Assembly (NCBI GenBank): GCA_011050075.1
Contig: DRGK01000012.1
Location: 771-64,770, forward strand
Source of the DNA: Candidatus Jorgensenbacteria bacterium
GTDB taxonomy: Bacteria; Patescibacteriota; Minisyncoccia; UBA6257; GWB1-50-10
Direction: 5' to 3'
DNA length: 64,000 nucleotides
In this document: piece by piece, positions 18,732 to 27,814 of the stretch
How the letters are laid out: every line of letters starts with the position of its first letter
Numbering within the stretch: the stretch's first letter is position 1
The notes under the pieces: generated by a model
Told to the model about the DNA's origin: nothing
The model's input: only the letters and a program-made list of their open reading frames with translations
Databases searched by the model: none
Position numbers and translations under genes: made by a program

Positions 18732-18905
18732 TTACATTAGTTTCTTTATATCACCCTGGCTCATTGCAAATGAACGTAAGCCTTTGCGGCGATGCCGCTG
18801 AGCTGTTCGTTTATTACTCTTTGTGTGACTGATACCTATCGCTCGGCGCTGCACTTTGCCCCGCTTGGTAAATTTAATACGCTTTGTAATGCTCTTTCTT
18901 GCCAT
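18732..18905 (-). CDS. rpmI: 50S ribosomal protein L35 (not in ORF track)
   Basis: Hand translation MARKSITKRIKFTKRGKVQRRAIGISH... (57 aa), located between infC and rplT. Confidence 0.9.
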   Translation of the reverse strand: MARKSITKRIKFTKRGKVQRRAIGISHTKSNKRTAQRHRRKGLRSFAMSQGDIKKLM

Positions 18906-18946
18906 AGATATACACTTCGTAAAGTTCTCGTACTATACACGATTCA

Positions 18947-19450
18947 CTACTTTTTCACAATCTGTGCAGTATATCCCCTGCCACTGTACCGCGGTTGCAT
19001 AGTAATTTCATGCGGGGTCTCTAACATTTCCAAAAAATTGTGCAGCTTCTGCAGACCAAACTGCTTATTCGCCTTCTCACGGCCGCGCATAAAAAGATTT
19101 ATCTCCAACCGATGCCCGCTCTCTAAAAATTTTCGTGCCTGCTGTGCCTTCATCTCTAAATCGTTCTTTGCTGCGCGCGGTGTAATGCGCACATGCTTCA
19201 TGTCTTTTGTTCTCTGCTTCTGCTGCTTTTTCTTTGCTTCCTTTTCCTGCTGGTACCGAAATTTGTCAAAGCTGATGATACGCGCCACCGGCGGCTTCGC
19301 CTGCGGCGCAATCTCCACCAAGTCCAGCCCCTTCTCTTTCGCCAACGCGAGCGCATCTTCTTTTGAGAGAACTCCTATGTTCTCACCCCGCTCATCAATC
19401 ACGCGCAGCTCTGGTGCTGTTATACTGTTGTTTGTTTTGTGTTTAGGAAT
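18947..19450 (-). CDS. infC: Translation initiation factor IF-3 (probable ATT start)
   Basis: NNSITAPELRVID, GLDLVEI, PPVARI, MRGRE. The only starts that include the N-terminal motif are in-frame ATT at 19450 or 19465. Confidence 0.93.
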   Translation of the reverse strand: MPKHKTNNSITAPELRVIDERGENIGVLSKEDALALAKEKGLDLVEIAPQAKPPVARIISFDKFRYQQEKEAKKKQQKQRTKDMKHVRITPRAAKNDLEMKAQQARKFLESGHRLEINLFMRGREKANKQFGLQKLHNFLEMLETPHEITMQPRYSGRGYTAQIVKK

Positions 19451-19506
19451 AGTGTTTGCAGTAATTCACCCATTAGCATACACAAGAAAGACTGGTTTCG
19501 TCAATA

Positions 19507-19541
19507 CAAAAGCCCCTAATAGTTTTTCACCATAAGGGGCT
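19507..19541 (-). terminator. Probable terminator of the upstream membrane-protein gene
   Basis: AGCCCCT...AGGGGCT stem followed by TTT on the minus strand. Confidence 0.5.
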
Positions 19542-19562
19542 ATGTACGTTTTTTGTTTGAAG

Positions 19563-20174
19563 TTAGGCACTGAATAGAAGCACTTTGCGCTCGATTCTCA
19601 CAATCAAGTAGATGATCAAAGCAGTTGATGGAATTGCCCTGCCGAGGTATATCCACGAAAAAGTGTCATGTTTTACCCATGCGGGGTAGATAGCACACAT
19701 CATTGCGAAAAATGCCACCACCCAAAGGAATAGGGACTCAGAATTACGTTCTGCGTTCCATAGCCGTTCAGCCGTTGCAAGTATCGCAACAACCGCAACG
19801 AGTTGGACCAGCACGTAAGAAACGAGCGTGTTATTGGTAATCCACCAAAACGGCACGATAGCAACACCGCCAATGAGGCACCATTTCTGGGTCACATCAA
19901 ATGCGATTCGTAGCGTACCACGCCGAAGGTGAGTTACGGTTACTCCAAAGAGGATAGTTACAATATTCACCAATCCTGAAGTCAGCGCGATGTTTCCCGT
20001 CCATGATTTATATGGACTTTCCCAGTACATCCAAAACGACAGACCGAGCATAACCGTCATGAGAATCCACGTCGCAAGAACTGGGTCGGTTTTCCCAATC
20101 CATGCATAGTAAGCATAGAATATCCCGGAAACAATCAAAAGAGCGGCGGTTACAAAAACAGAAACTTCGTACAT
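19563..20174 (-). CDS. Hypothetical multi-pass membrane protein
   Basis: About 7 hydrophobic segments; own promoter and SD. Confidence 0.75.
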   Translation of the reverse strand: MYEVSVFVTAALLIVSGIFYAYYAWIGKTDPVLATWILMTVMLGLSFWMYWESPYKSWTGNIALTSGLVNIVTILFGVTVTHLRRGTLRIAFDVTQKWCLIGGVAIVPFWWITNNTLVSYVLVQLVAVVAILATAERLWNAERNSESLFLWVVAFFAMMCAIYPAWVKHDTFSWIYLGRAIPSTALIIYLIVRIERKVLLFSA

Positions 20175-20225
20175 TACGTACTTCCTTCCAATTTTTACTT
20201 ATTTAAACGTAAATGATCTATCTGA

Positions 20226-20290
20226 AGAATGGCACGTTTTATCAAAATTGTCAATTTACCGTTGACGCAGAGACAAGGCTGATGTATTTT
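20226..20290. promoter_or_regulatory. Divergent sigma70 promoters
   Basis: Minus: TTGACA-17-CATTCT; plus: TTGACG-17-TATTTT. Confidence 0.55.
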
Positions 20291-20328
20291 ATATTCAGTA
20301 CACCACAAAATAAAAAAGGAGATGGATA

Positions 20329-20952
20329 ATGGGAGACAACTCTTCTGGTCCCTTCATTCAGATGCACATGCTTCCCGGCGGCATTAAACCCGTACGAAAG
20401 TCCGAGGGAGCGGTCGGGTACGATGTTGCAATCCGGGCAATTGTTTCACCAACAGATATGGATCCGGATAACTCTGTACTAAGAAAGGTGTTATTCGATT
20501 TCAATTCGGTTCCTGATGATCCTGCCGTCGCCGGTCATGTTCATAACCTCGGCAACGAACTAATATACCGGATGGGGCCGAGAGAAACGGTCCTTGTCGG
20601 AATTGGTTTCGTAACCGTCTTACCCATAGATATATTCTACTGGATCACGCCGAGAAGCGGTCTTGCGGGAAAGTACGGTATCACCGTCACGAATGCCCCC
20701 GGAACCGTTGACTCTGACTACCGCGGTGAAGCAGGGGTGCTCGTGATAAACTTGAGAAGTAATGACCACTTCGACCTGAAGTACAAGATGCGCATTGCGC
20801 AGATCATCTTCCAGCATGCGGTACATCCTCAGATTGAGGAAATCGAGAACTACGAAGATCTCGCTGAATCGGTCCGCGGTGCAGGTGGATTCGGATCAAC
20901 CGGTCTCCGCGATGAGGTCCAGCCCCATCAGGTTCTACAGAATAGAAACTAG
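20329..20952 (+). CDS. dut: Trimeric dUTP diphosphatase with an N-terminal insertion
   Basis: AVGYD, PRSGLA, GTVDSDYRGE, RIAQ, RGAGGFGSTG. Confidence 0.92.
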   Translation: MGDNSSGPFIQMHMLPGGIKPVRKSEGAVGYDVAIRAIVSPTDMDPDNSVLRKVLFDFNSVPDDPAVAGHVHNLGNELIYRMGPRETVLVGIGFVTVLPIDIFYWITPRSGLAGKYGITVTNAPGTVDSDYRGEAGVLVINLRSNDHFDLKYKMRIAQIIFQHAVHPQIEEIENYEDLAESVRGAGGFGSTGLRDEVQPHQVLQNRN

Positions 20953-20963
20953 TAAACAATCGC

Positions 20964-21000
20964 AAAGCCGACCGTAGTATATGGTCGGCTTTTTATTTTT
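20964..21000. terminator. Terminator between convergent dut and pabB
   Basis: AAAGCCGACC...GGTCGGCTTTTT. Confidence 0.8.
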
Positions 21001-21012
21001 TCATAAATAGGA

Positions 21013-22278
21013 TTATATTATACCAAGAAATGATTTGACTTTATCAAGTGTCTCTTGGTACTCATCTTTTTCATTTGAATCATATACTATACCTCCTCCG
21101 ACTTGCAGAAATACTTTGTCTCCTTTCTTGATGAATGTCCGTATCGCGATGTTGAAGTCTAAAGAATCATCGGGGTCAATAAATCCGATACAACCCGTAT
21201 AAATGCCTCGCATGGTCGGTTCCAATTCGTCTATGATTTCCATTGCGCGTTTCTTCGGACAACCAGTAATCGATCCTCCGGGAAACATCGATAGTAGAGC
21301 ATCAACCGATTTCAAATTGCTCAAAACTTTCCCTTTAATATGCGAGTATGTATGCCAAACCGTTGCATAGGGATGAATAATCCTAGAACCAACAACTTGA
21401 ATTGATCCGATTTCTGATATTTTGCCGAGGTCATTTCGTAATAGATCAGTGATCATGTTTAGTTCTGCCGCTTCCTTTGAAGAATTCATCAGCTCATTTT
21501 TCAATATCTCATCTTCTTCAGGGTTTTTGCCGCGGGGGCGTGTACCTTTGATTGGAAATGTTTCAATTGTCCTATCTGAAGATATTTTAATGAATTGTTC
21601 TGGTGAAGCGCTCAGTATCTCAAAATCATCCGCCTCAATATAGGCAATATAGTCGACTTTATTTTTTTCACACATATCAAGGAAAAGTTGGTGCGAACCT
21701 TTCTTTGTTGTTCCTTCTAGACGATGGGTGAGGTTTATTTGATAGATATCACCTTCAATTATGTAATTCTTTATTTTCTTATAACTTTTTGAGTAAGTTT
21801 CCTTATCGATATCGGTTACCAATTCTGATTCTGTCTTAGACACCTTAGAATCATGAGTTACTTTTGATCGCATTAGTAAGTCATTAACTTGAGTAAGATA
21901 AAGCTCTAATGTTTTCTCATCAGCTGCAATTACTTCAATCCCATTCTCTATAAATTTTATATAGCTGCCAAATGAATAGAAAAATATTTCTGGTAACCCA
22001 AGATCATTTTTAGAGTGGGGCCTGATATTAAAAAGAGAATAGCCCAAATCATATGATAGATATCCAAATACACGGTTACCTTTTTCTTGCTCTCCATTAA
22101 CAAAACTGTTAAAACTATTTGTATCTTGACCTGTATATGTATTTATTGGATTCCAAGCTATGAATGGTTGCCAACCCTCAGGGCTGTAACTTCGAGTACA
22201 GCAGATATTTTTCTCTTGATTTGAGAGTCGTAGCCAAATATCTTCAAAAGTAACATTTTTAATAATTCCAGATTTCAT
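21013..22278 (-). CDS. pabB: Aminodeoxychorismate synthase component I
   Basis: GDIYQIN, SASPE, PIKGT (Lys, PabB-type rather than TrpE PIAGT), DLLRNDL, FPGGSITGCPK, NIAIRT. Confidence 0.85.
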   Translation of the reverse strand: MKSGIIKNVTFEDIWLRLSNQEKNICCTRSYSPEGWQPFIAWNPINTYTGQDTNSFNSFVNGEQEKGNRVFGYLSYDLGYSLFNIRPHSKNDLGLPEIFFYSFGSYIKFIENGIEVIAADEKTLELYLTQVNDLLMRSKVTHDSKVSKTESELVTDIDKETYSKSYKKIKNYIIEGDIYQINLTHRLEGTTKKGSHQLFLDMCEKNKVDYIAYIEADDFEILSASPEQFIKISSDRTIETFPIKGTRPRGKNPEEDEILKNELMNSSKEAAELNMITDLLRNDLGKISEIGSIQVVGSRIIHPYATVWHTYSHIKGKVLSNLKSVDALLSMFPGGSITGCPKKRAMEIIDELEPTMRGIYTGCIGFIDPDDSLDFNIAIRTFIKKGDKVFLQVGGGIVYDSNEKDEYQETLDKVKSFLGII

Positions 22279-22838
22279 GATTTTATGGAAAGAAAATTAT
22301 TCATGAGCTTATCACCTCCGTCTGTCATAAATGACTCGGGATGAAACTGAATTCCGTAAAGAGAATATTTCTTATGCTGAATTGCCATTATTTCTTTATC
22401 ATTTGTCCATGCTCTTAGATTAAATTCTTCTGGCACTTTCTCAATCGCAAGAGAATGATAACGAGCAACAAGAAAGGGGTTCTTTATGCCTTCAAATATT
22501 CCTTTTCCACCATGGCTAACCTCAGAAGTTTTTCCATGAAGTACCTCTTTCGCATGGACAACTTTTGTTCCAAATAATTGGCCGATACATTGATGGCCAA
22601 GACATACCCCGAGAATTGGGATGGTTTTATAGAAATGGTTAATAACATCCATTGATACACCAGCGTCTTCTGGTCTCTTTGGACCTGGAGAAATAATTAT
22701 TCTTTCTGGTTTGAGTACCTCAATTTCTTCCAGTGTGATTTCATCATGTTTTTTTACCACTACATCAAATCCCAATCTGCCAATGAGTTGGCAGAGATTA
22801 TAGGTAAATGAGTCATAGTTATCGATAAGTAGAATCAT
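22275..22838 (-). CDS. pabA: Glutamine amidotransferase (ADC/anthranilate synthase component II)
   Basis: IDNYDSFTYN, SPGP, GVCLGHQ, RYHSL, QFHPES. Confidence 0.9.
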   Translation of the reverse strand: MILLIDNYDSFTYNLCQLIGRLGFDVVVKKHDEITLEEIEVLKPERIIISPGPKRPEDAGVSMDVINHFYKTIPILGVCLGHQCIGQLFGTKVVHAKEVLHGKTSEVSHGGKGIFEGIKNPFLVARYHSLAIEKVPEEFNLRAWTNDKEIMAIQHKKYSLYGIQFHPESFMTDGGDKLMNNFLSIKS

Positions 22839-22968
22839 AGAAAAATTTTTTTAGAAGCTCATCAATCAAAACATCGAGAGCTTTAGCTATTCTCTGTTGC
22901 AGATTTTCAGAGTAACCGATATATAAGTTGTTGTCCTTTCCGCTTTCAAGTATGTAAACGTAATACAT
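22819..22968 (-). pseudogene. Truncated GIY-YIG nuclease (49-codon chimera)
   Basis: Hand translation MYYVYILESGKDNNLYIGYSENLQQRI, then an unrelated tail. Confidence 0.7.
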
Positions 22969-23024
22969 GGTGTGACTCGTAAAGTAAAATTCTTATAAAT
23001 TTTACCACGAGCCTACCCCGTGAT

Positions 23025-23058
23025 AAACAATACTCCTCAATTTTGAGGAGTATTGTTT
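23025..23058. repeat. Perfect 16-bp inverted repeat downstream of tmRNA
   Basis: AAACAATACTCCTCAA-tt-TTGAGGAGTATTGTTT. Confidence 0.8.
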
Positions 23059-23128
23059 GTTGTGGGGCCGAAATACTTTCATATTTCGGCATCCTACAAA
23101 AATATAGTCGCTTCGCTCCTTATTTTTG

Positions 23129-23450
23129 TGGAGGTGGAGGGAATCGAACCCTCGTCCGGAAACTGACTCAAAAACATTCTACGAGTGTGTCTCTTTTACA
23201 CAAAAGAGCAAAGAAATTTGTTTCGTGGTTTTTTCAACCCGGTTCAGCACGAAACGAACCGAACAAGGCGGGTCTCATTATGACGCCGCTACTTTCCTAT
23301 GAGACATCAGAAAACGGCGCGGTACTACGCGTATGCGAGTGCCGGAACTGCTGTTTTGTTGGCAGTTATAAAGTTTTGGTGCGTTTAACGAGTTCACCAG
23401 CTCGACCCGCAGTTTTCAAGACATTATCCCCGTCGAAGCCATGCACCCCC
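23129..23450 (-). ncRNA. ssrA: tmRNA, tag peptide ANKTAVPALAYA
   Basis: 5' GGGGGTGCATGGCTTCGAC; 3' T-arm GGTTCGATTCC and CACCTCCA (G3:U70 Ala identity); tag ORF at 23325-23363; directly downstream of smpB. Confidence 0.93.
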
Positions 23451-23454
23451 TAAT

Positions 23455-23901
23455 TCATTTTTTAAGATGCCGTCGTATCTCTCGTTCTGTTTCTCTTTTC
23501 TTAATCATTTCCCGCTTATCATACTTCTTTTTTGCCTTACCGAGTCCCAGAGCAATCTTAATCCGCCTGTTTTTACTATACAACTTAAGCGGTATTAACG
23601 TCAACCCGCGTTCTTTTATTTTGCCGGTCAAAACCTTTATCTCCTCCTTTTTTAACAGTAACCGGCGCGTGCGCGTTGAATCATAATCGGAGGGCATATT
23701 CGCCGGCTGATACGGCGGAATTTCCATGTTAAGCAGCCACACTTCTCCGCCACGCACGATAGCATACGCACCAGTCAGGTTCCCGTGCCCGCTTGTTACT
23801 GACTTCACTTCAAACCCCTTCAGCTCAATACCCGCTTCGTAGATATCTGCAATATCGTAGTCAAAACGAGCCCGGCGGTTCTCGCTAAGTGGTTTTGCCA
23901 T
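23455..23901 (-). CDS. smpB: SsrA-binding protein
   Basis: ENRRARFDY, EAGIELKGFEVKS, RRLLL, KKKYDKRE. Confidence 0.98.
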   Translation of the reverse strand: MAKPLSENRRARFDYDIADIYEAGIELKGFEVKSVTSGHGNLTGAYAIVRGGEVWLLNMEIPPYQPANMPSDYDSTRTRRLLLKKEEIKVLTGKIKERGLTLIPLKLYSKNRRIKIALGLGKAKKKYDKREMIKKRETEREIRRHLKK

Positions 23902-23912
23902 AATGCCGAATA

Positions 23913-26900
23913 TTAACGCTTCTTGAGCGTTAGTTTGATCTCGTAGGGCCCAATGCGCATCTGCCTACTCAACGTATGTATGCGCAACGGCGTGTAGCGA
24001 ACCTCTGATGCGCTTATTTCTTCTTGAATTGTTTTCATATATCTCCGCATCGTGGCATCAAACAACTTTGGTGCATCAATGCCGAGTGCAATACTATCTC
24101 CCGGCTCAAGTTCCGCGTCCTGGCGCATTCGTTGTATGGTCCGTACAAGCTCACGAACCCACCCTTCTTCCTCAAGCTCATGTGTAAGTACGGAATCAAG
24201 CACTACATCCTCTTTCTGGCGGGCATTAAACAGAACCCGCTTCACATTCACCTCTTCACGCAGTATCTCTTGAAGTTCTTTATCCTTCCGTACCATGGGT
24301 GCGCGCTTGATTGAAAGCGATGCAAGCGGCTGACGCACCTTCATGCTGATTAGTTCGCGCTTTGCGAGTCCCGCACGCGCGAGCTCGCGCACCTCTTTCA
24401 TTGCTTTCAAAAGACTTGTATTGCTCAGGCCTTGTTCTTGTTTGGTCCAGTCCTCCAGATGCACCGATTCTTCAAACTCGTAGCCGGTTATTTCTGATGT
24501 AAGTGAACGATACAACGCCTCAGACAAGAACGGCGTAAATGGTGCAATTAATTTACTCACTCCCAGCAACACGTACCCAAGCGTGTAAGATGCGTCCGCA
24601 TGAGCACGCGTGCTTTCCGGTCGCTGAAAACGGCGACGGGAACGACGAATATACCAGCGTGAGAGGTCTTGCACCAGTTCTTCAATGAGACGCGCTGCCC
24701 CCATCACATCATACACATCCAGCTTGCGTGTTGATTCTTGCGTAACCTCTGCAAGCCGCGCAAGGATCCATGTATCCAGAACATGCCGCACCTCTCTTTT
24801 CTGCAGTGAAACACGCTTTGCGCGGTATGTGCGGAAAAATACAAAAGAATTATACAAAAGCATGACAAAGTTCGCAGACACTTTGCGCAGCTCTTTTTCA
24901 TCAAATCGTTTCGGTTCGCCCGGCGCGTTCACGGTATAGAAATACCAGCGCACTACATCAATCCCGAACTTGTCCGCAATCTCCCACGGATCAACCATAT
25001 TACCGCGCGACTTGGACATTTTGCGTCCGTATGAATCAAGCACCAAGCCATGCGAGATAACATTTCTATATGGGCTTTCCTGTTTTAAAAGAACCCCTAT
25101 GGCAAGTAATGAATAAAACCAGCCGCGTGTTTGATCAACACCTTCGGCAATAAAGTCGCCGGGAAAATCTATGCAGTTCTCAGGAGCGGGTATTTGTGCG
25201 CCGCTCTTCTTTATACAAGAGAATGGATAGTGTGCCTGAGCAAACGGCATCGCACCGGAATCAAACCACCCATCAATAACTTCCGGCACGCGCTTCATCT
25301 TCTTGTCGCACGCATTACACGGAAATATTACCGTATCCACATACGGCCTGTGAAAGTCCGCAAACCCCCATTTATTGCGCGGCGCCTGCATATATACAAC
25401 TTCGCGCGATTCACCGGTACCAAAGAAATCATATATTCCCGATTGTTCTTGTTCTTGTTTTACCAGAAGCGTCTGTTCTTCTCCCCAGCTGCGCATCACC
25501 GTCTCCAGCATCCATAGCGGATACTCATGAGAGATAATAAGTATGGTTTTGTTTTTATATTTCTTTTCAATCTCAGTAATTGCTTGGTACGTGCGCTTGG
25601 CTAAATCACGAAGATGTTCCCCTTTCGGAGGACGCTTGCTGAACTTCTCAGTGGGCTTTGCAAAAAACACATGATACTTTTCAGGGCCTCCTCCATGAAA
25701 TGTACCTACGTTAATTTCACGCAGGCGTATGTTAGTTGTAACCGGTATACCCAATGCCTTCCCTATAATCTCTGCTGTCTCCTTCGTTCGGCGAAAATCG
25801 GAAGAAATAATTACGTCAATCTTATCTTTCCGTTTTTTAAAAAGCTTTACTGCCTGTTCTACTTGCACGCGTCCTGCAAGCGTTAGCCCAAACTTATCTT
25901 TGTCTTTCGGGTTGCTGTTAACAATGTTCTTTGTATTGCTCTCCGCAAGCCCGTGCCGCATGAGCACGTACGTACTGCGCGCACCGCCAAGCCGATCACT
26001 GAGTTCGCGGTAGCTGCCTATTACCTCAACCGCATCACAACCAGAACACGTCCAGACAGGCAGTGGCGTTGCCCAGTATCGCTCGCGAGAGAGCGCCCAG
26101 TCTTTTACCTCACGCAGCCATTCGCCAAACCTGCCGTGTTTCGTGTGTTCCGGCACCCAACGCACCTGTTCATTCGCAACCAAAAGTTTTTTGCGCAGTG
26201 CGCTCATTTTAATGAACCATGAATGGCGGGCATAGTAGAGTATCGGCGTATCGCACCGCCAGCAAAACGGGTATTCATGCTCGTACTGTTCTGTTTGTAA
26301 AAGGTTGTTCTGTTTTTTAAGCGTGGCTATAATCTTCTTTTCCGTTTCCTTGTCTTTCACAAAAAGTCCGCGCAACTCCGGTACGTCTTTTGTAAAACGC
26401 CCCGTTTCATCAACGGTGTGGTGCTGCGGCAAACCAACATCAACACCGAGCCGGTAGTCGTCTTCACCATACATCACCGCCGTGTGAACTACGCCGGTGC
26501 CTTCATCAGTAGCAACAAAGTCCGCATGGTACACCCGATACGCCTTATGGTCATTTTGAAACTCTTTAATGATAAAGAGCGGTTCGTAGCGGAGACCCAG
26601 CAAGTCACGGCCGCGTATTTCACGGCCCACACGACCGAAGGTTTCCGCTAGCGGAGAGTTTTTTGCGTATATTAAACGCTCCCCGTTCTTCTCTATTTCT
26701 ATATATGCAATAGTTTCGCCAACAGCAAGCGCCACGTTACCTGGCAAGGTCCATGGAGTTGTGGTCCATGAGAGAATGTATGTATTATTGCCGGATGCTT
26801 TTTTTCCAATCTTCTGCCGCGGCTTCATTTTAAACTTTACATAAACAGAAGTATCGCGCACAGTATTGTATCCTTGTGTCAGTTCGTGTGATGAGAGCGC

Positions 26901-27464
26901 CGTTCCGCAACGCGGACACCATGGCAACACCTTGTATCCCTGATAGAGTTTCTTGTCTTCCCAAATGCGCTTCAGTATCCACCAGACGCTCTCCATAAAC
27001 GAGTTCTCATATGTAATGTACGGGTGCTCTAAATCAATCCAGAACCCCATACGCTCCGTCAATTTTTCCCATTCATCTTTATATTTCCAGACCGACTCTC
27101 TGCACTTCTGATTAAACTTCTCAATCCCATACGCCTCAATTTCTTTCTTGGAATTAATGCCGAGCGCTTTTTCAACTCCAAGCTCCACAGGCAGCCCATG
27201 CGTATCCCACCCGCCACGACGGGTAACAAAAAATCCGCGCATCGTTTTGTATCGCAGAATAATATCCTTAAACGAACGCGCAAGTACATGGTGGATGCCC
27301 GGACGGCCATTCGCCGTCGGCGGTCCTTCATAAAAAACAAATTTCTTCTTTTTTCTGCGCGCTTCTTGGGTTTTTTTGAAAATATGGTTCGTGCGCCAAA
27401 AATCAAGAACACGTTGCTCAATGTCAGGTAATAAAAATCGATCTTCTCTTTTAAATATCGGCAT
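23913..27464 (-). CDS. ileS: Isoleucine--tRNA ligase (type 2) with an inserted histidine-phosphatase domain
   Basis: FYEGPPTANG, GWDTHGLP, WTTTPWTLP, EGVDQTRGWF, KMSKS; internal RHG domain. Confidence 0.96.
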   Translation of the reverse strand: MPIFKREDRFLLPDIEQRVLDFWRTNHIFKKTQEARRKKKKFVFYEGPPTANGRPGIHHVLARSFKDIILRYKTMRGFFVTRRGGWDTHGLPVELGVEKALGINSKKEIEAYGIEKFNQKCRESVWKYKDEWEKLTERMGFWIDLEHPYITYENSFMESVWWILKRIWEDKKLYQGYKVLPWCPRCGTALSSHELTQGYNTVRDTSVYVKFKMKPRQKIGKKASGNNTYILSWTTTPWTLPGNVALAVGETIAYIEIEKNGERLIYAKNSPLAETFGRVGREIRGRDLLGLRYEPLFIIKEFQNDHKAYRVYHADFVATDEGTGVVHTAVMYGEDDYRLGVDVGLPQHHTVDETGRFTKDVPELRGLFVKDKETEKKIIATLKKQNNLLQTEQYEHEYPFCWRCDTPILYYARHSWFIKMSALRKKLLVANEQVRWVPEHTKHGRFGEWLREVKDWALSRERYWATPLPVWTCSGCDAVEVIGSYRELSDRLGGARSTYVLMRHGLAESNTKNIVNSNPKDKDKFGLTLAGRVQVEQAVKLFKKRKDKIDVIISSDFRRTKETAEIIGKALGIPVTTNIRLREINVGTFHGGGPEKYHVFFAKPTEKFSKRPPKGEHLRDLAKRTYQAITEIEKKYKNKTILIISHEYPLWMLETVMRSWGEEQTLLVKQEQEQSGIYDFFGTGESREVVYMQAPRNKWGFADFHRPYVDTVIFPCNACDKKMKRVPEVIDGWFDSGAMPFAQAHYPFSCIKKSGAQIPAPENCIDFPGDFIAEGVDQTRGWFYSLLAIGVLLKQESPYRNVISHGLVLDSYGRKMSKSRGNMVDPWEIADKFGIDVVRWYFYTVNAPGEPKRFDEKELRKVSANFVMLLYNSFVFFRTYRAKRVSLQKREVRHVLDTWILARLAEVTQESTRKLDVYDVMGAARLIEELVQDLSRWYIRRSRRRFQRPESTRAHADASYTLGYVLLGVSKLIAPFTPFLSEALYRSLTSEITGYEFEESVHLEDWTKQEQGLSNTSLLKAMKEVRELARAGLAKRELISMKVRQPLASLSIKRAPMVRKDKELQEILREEVNVKRVLFNARQKEDVVLDSVLTHELEEEGWVRELVRTIQRMRQDAELEPGDSIALGIDAPKLFDATMRRYMKTIQEEISASEVRYTPLRIHTLSRQMRIGPYEIKLTLKKR

Positions 27465-27547
27465 TGTCTTTATTCTACTGGAAAGCGTTCATCGATTAAA
27501 GAAATGTGGGGTTGACCCTTTTTGCAGCATGCTACATACTGTCTACT

Positions 27548-27814
27548 GTGCCAAACACAACATCAGCAAAAAAAGCTCTGCGTAAGTCATTGAAACGGCG
27601 AACGCATAATATACAGCGAAAAGCGTTGCTTAAAGATTCGGTAAAGCGTCATCGCAAACTACTTGAGGGAGGTAAGATAAAAGATGCGCGGGCACTTCTG
27701 CCGCAAGCATATAAAATCATTGATAAGCTTGCGAAGGTGCATACGATAACCAAAAATAAAGCGCGCCGGCTGAAGTCTCAATTAGCGAAGCGCTCCAATA
27801 GTAAAGGCGAGTAA
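27548..27814 (+). CDS. rpsT: 30S ribosomal protein S20
   Basis: (V/M)PNTTSAKKALR...KNKARRLKSQL; GTG start 7 nt after TTGACC-17-CATACT. Confidence 0.94.
   Translation: MPNTTSAKKALRKSLKRRTHNIQRKALLKDSVKRHRKLLEGGKIKDARALLPQAYKIIDKLAKVHTITKNKARRLKSQLAKRSNSKGE

Noticed and set aside
18792-19535. 247-aa Cys/Phe-rich plus-strand ORF
   Set aside because: Antisense to Lys/Gln-rich infC and rpmI, which explains the composition.
21013-22838. trpE/trpG with an attenuator leader peptide
   Set aside because: PIKGT indicates PabB, no other trp genes are present, and the upstream small ORF has no Trp codons and resembles GIY-YIG.
23043-23453. 136-aa plus-strand ORF
   Set aside because: Antisense to tmRNA.
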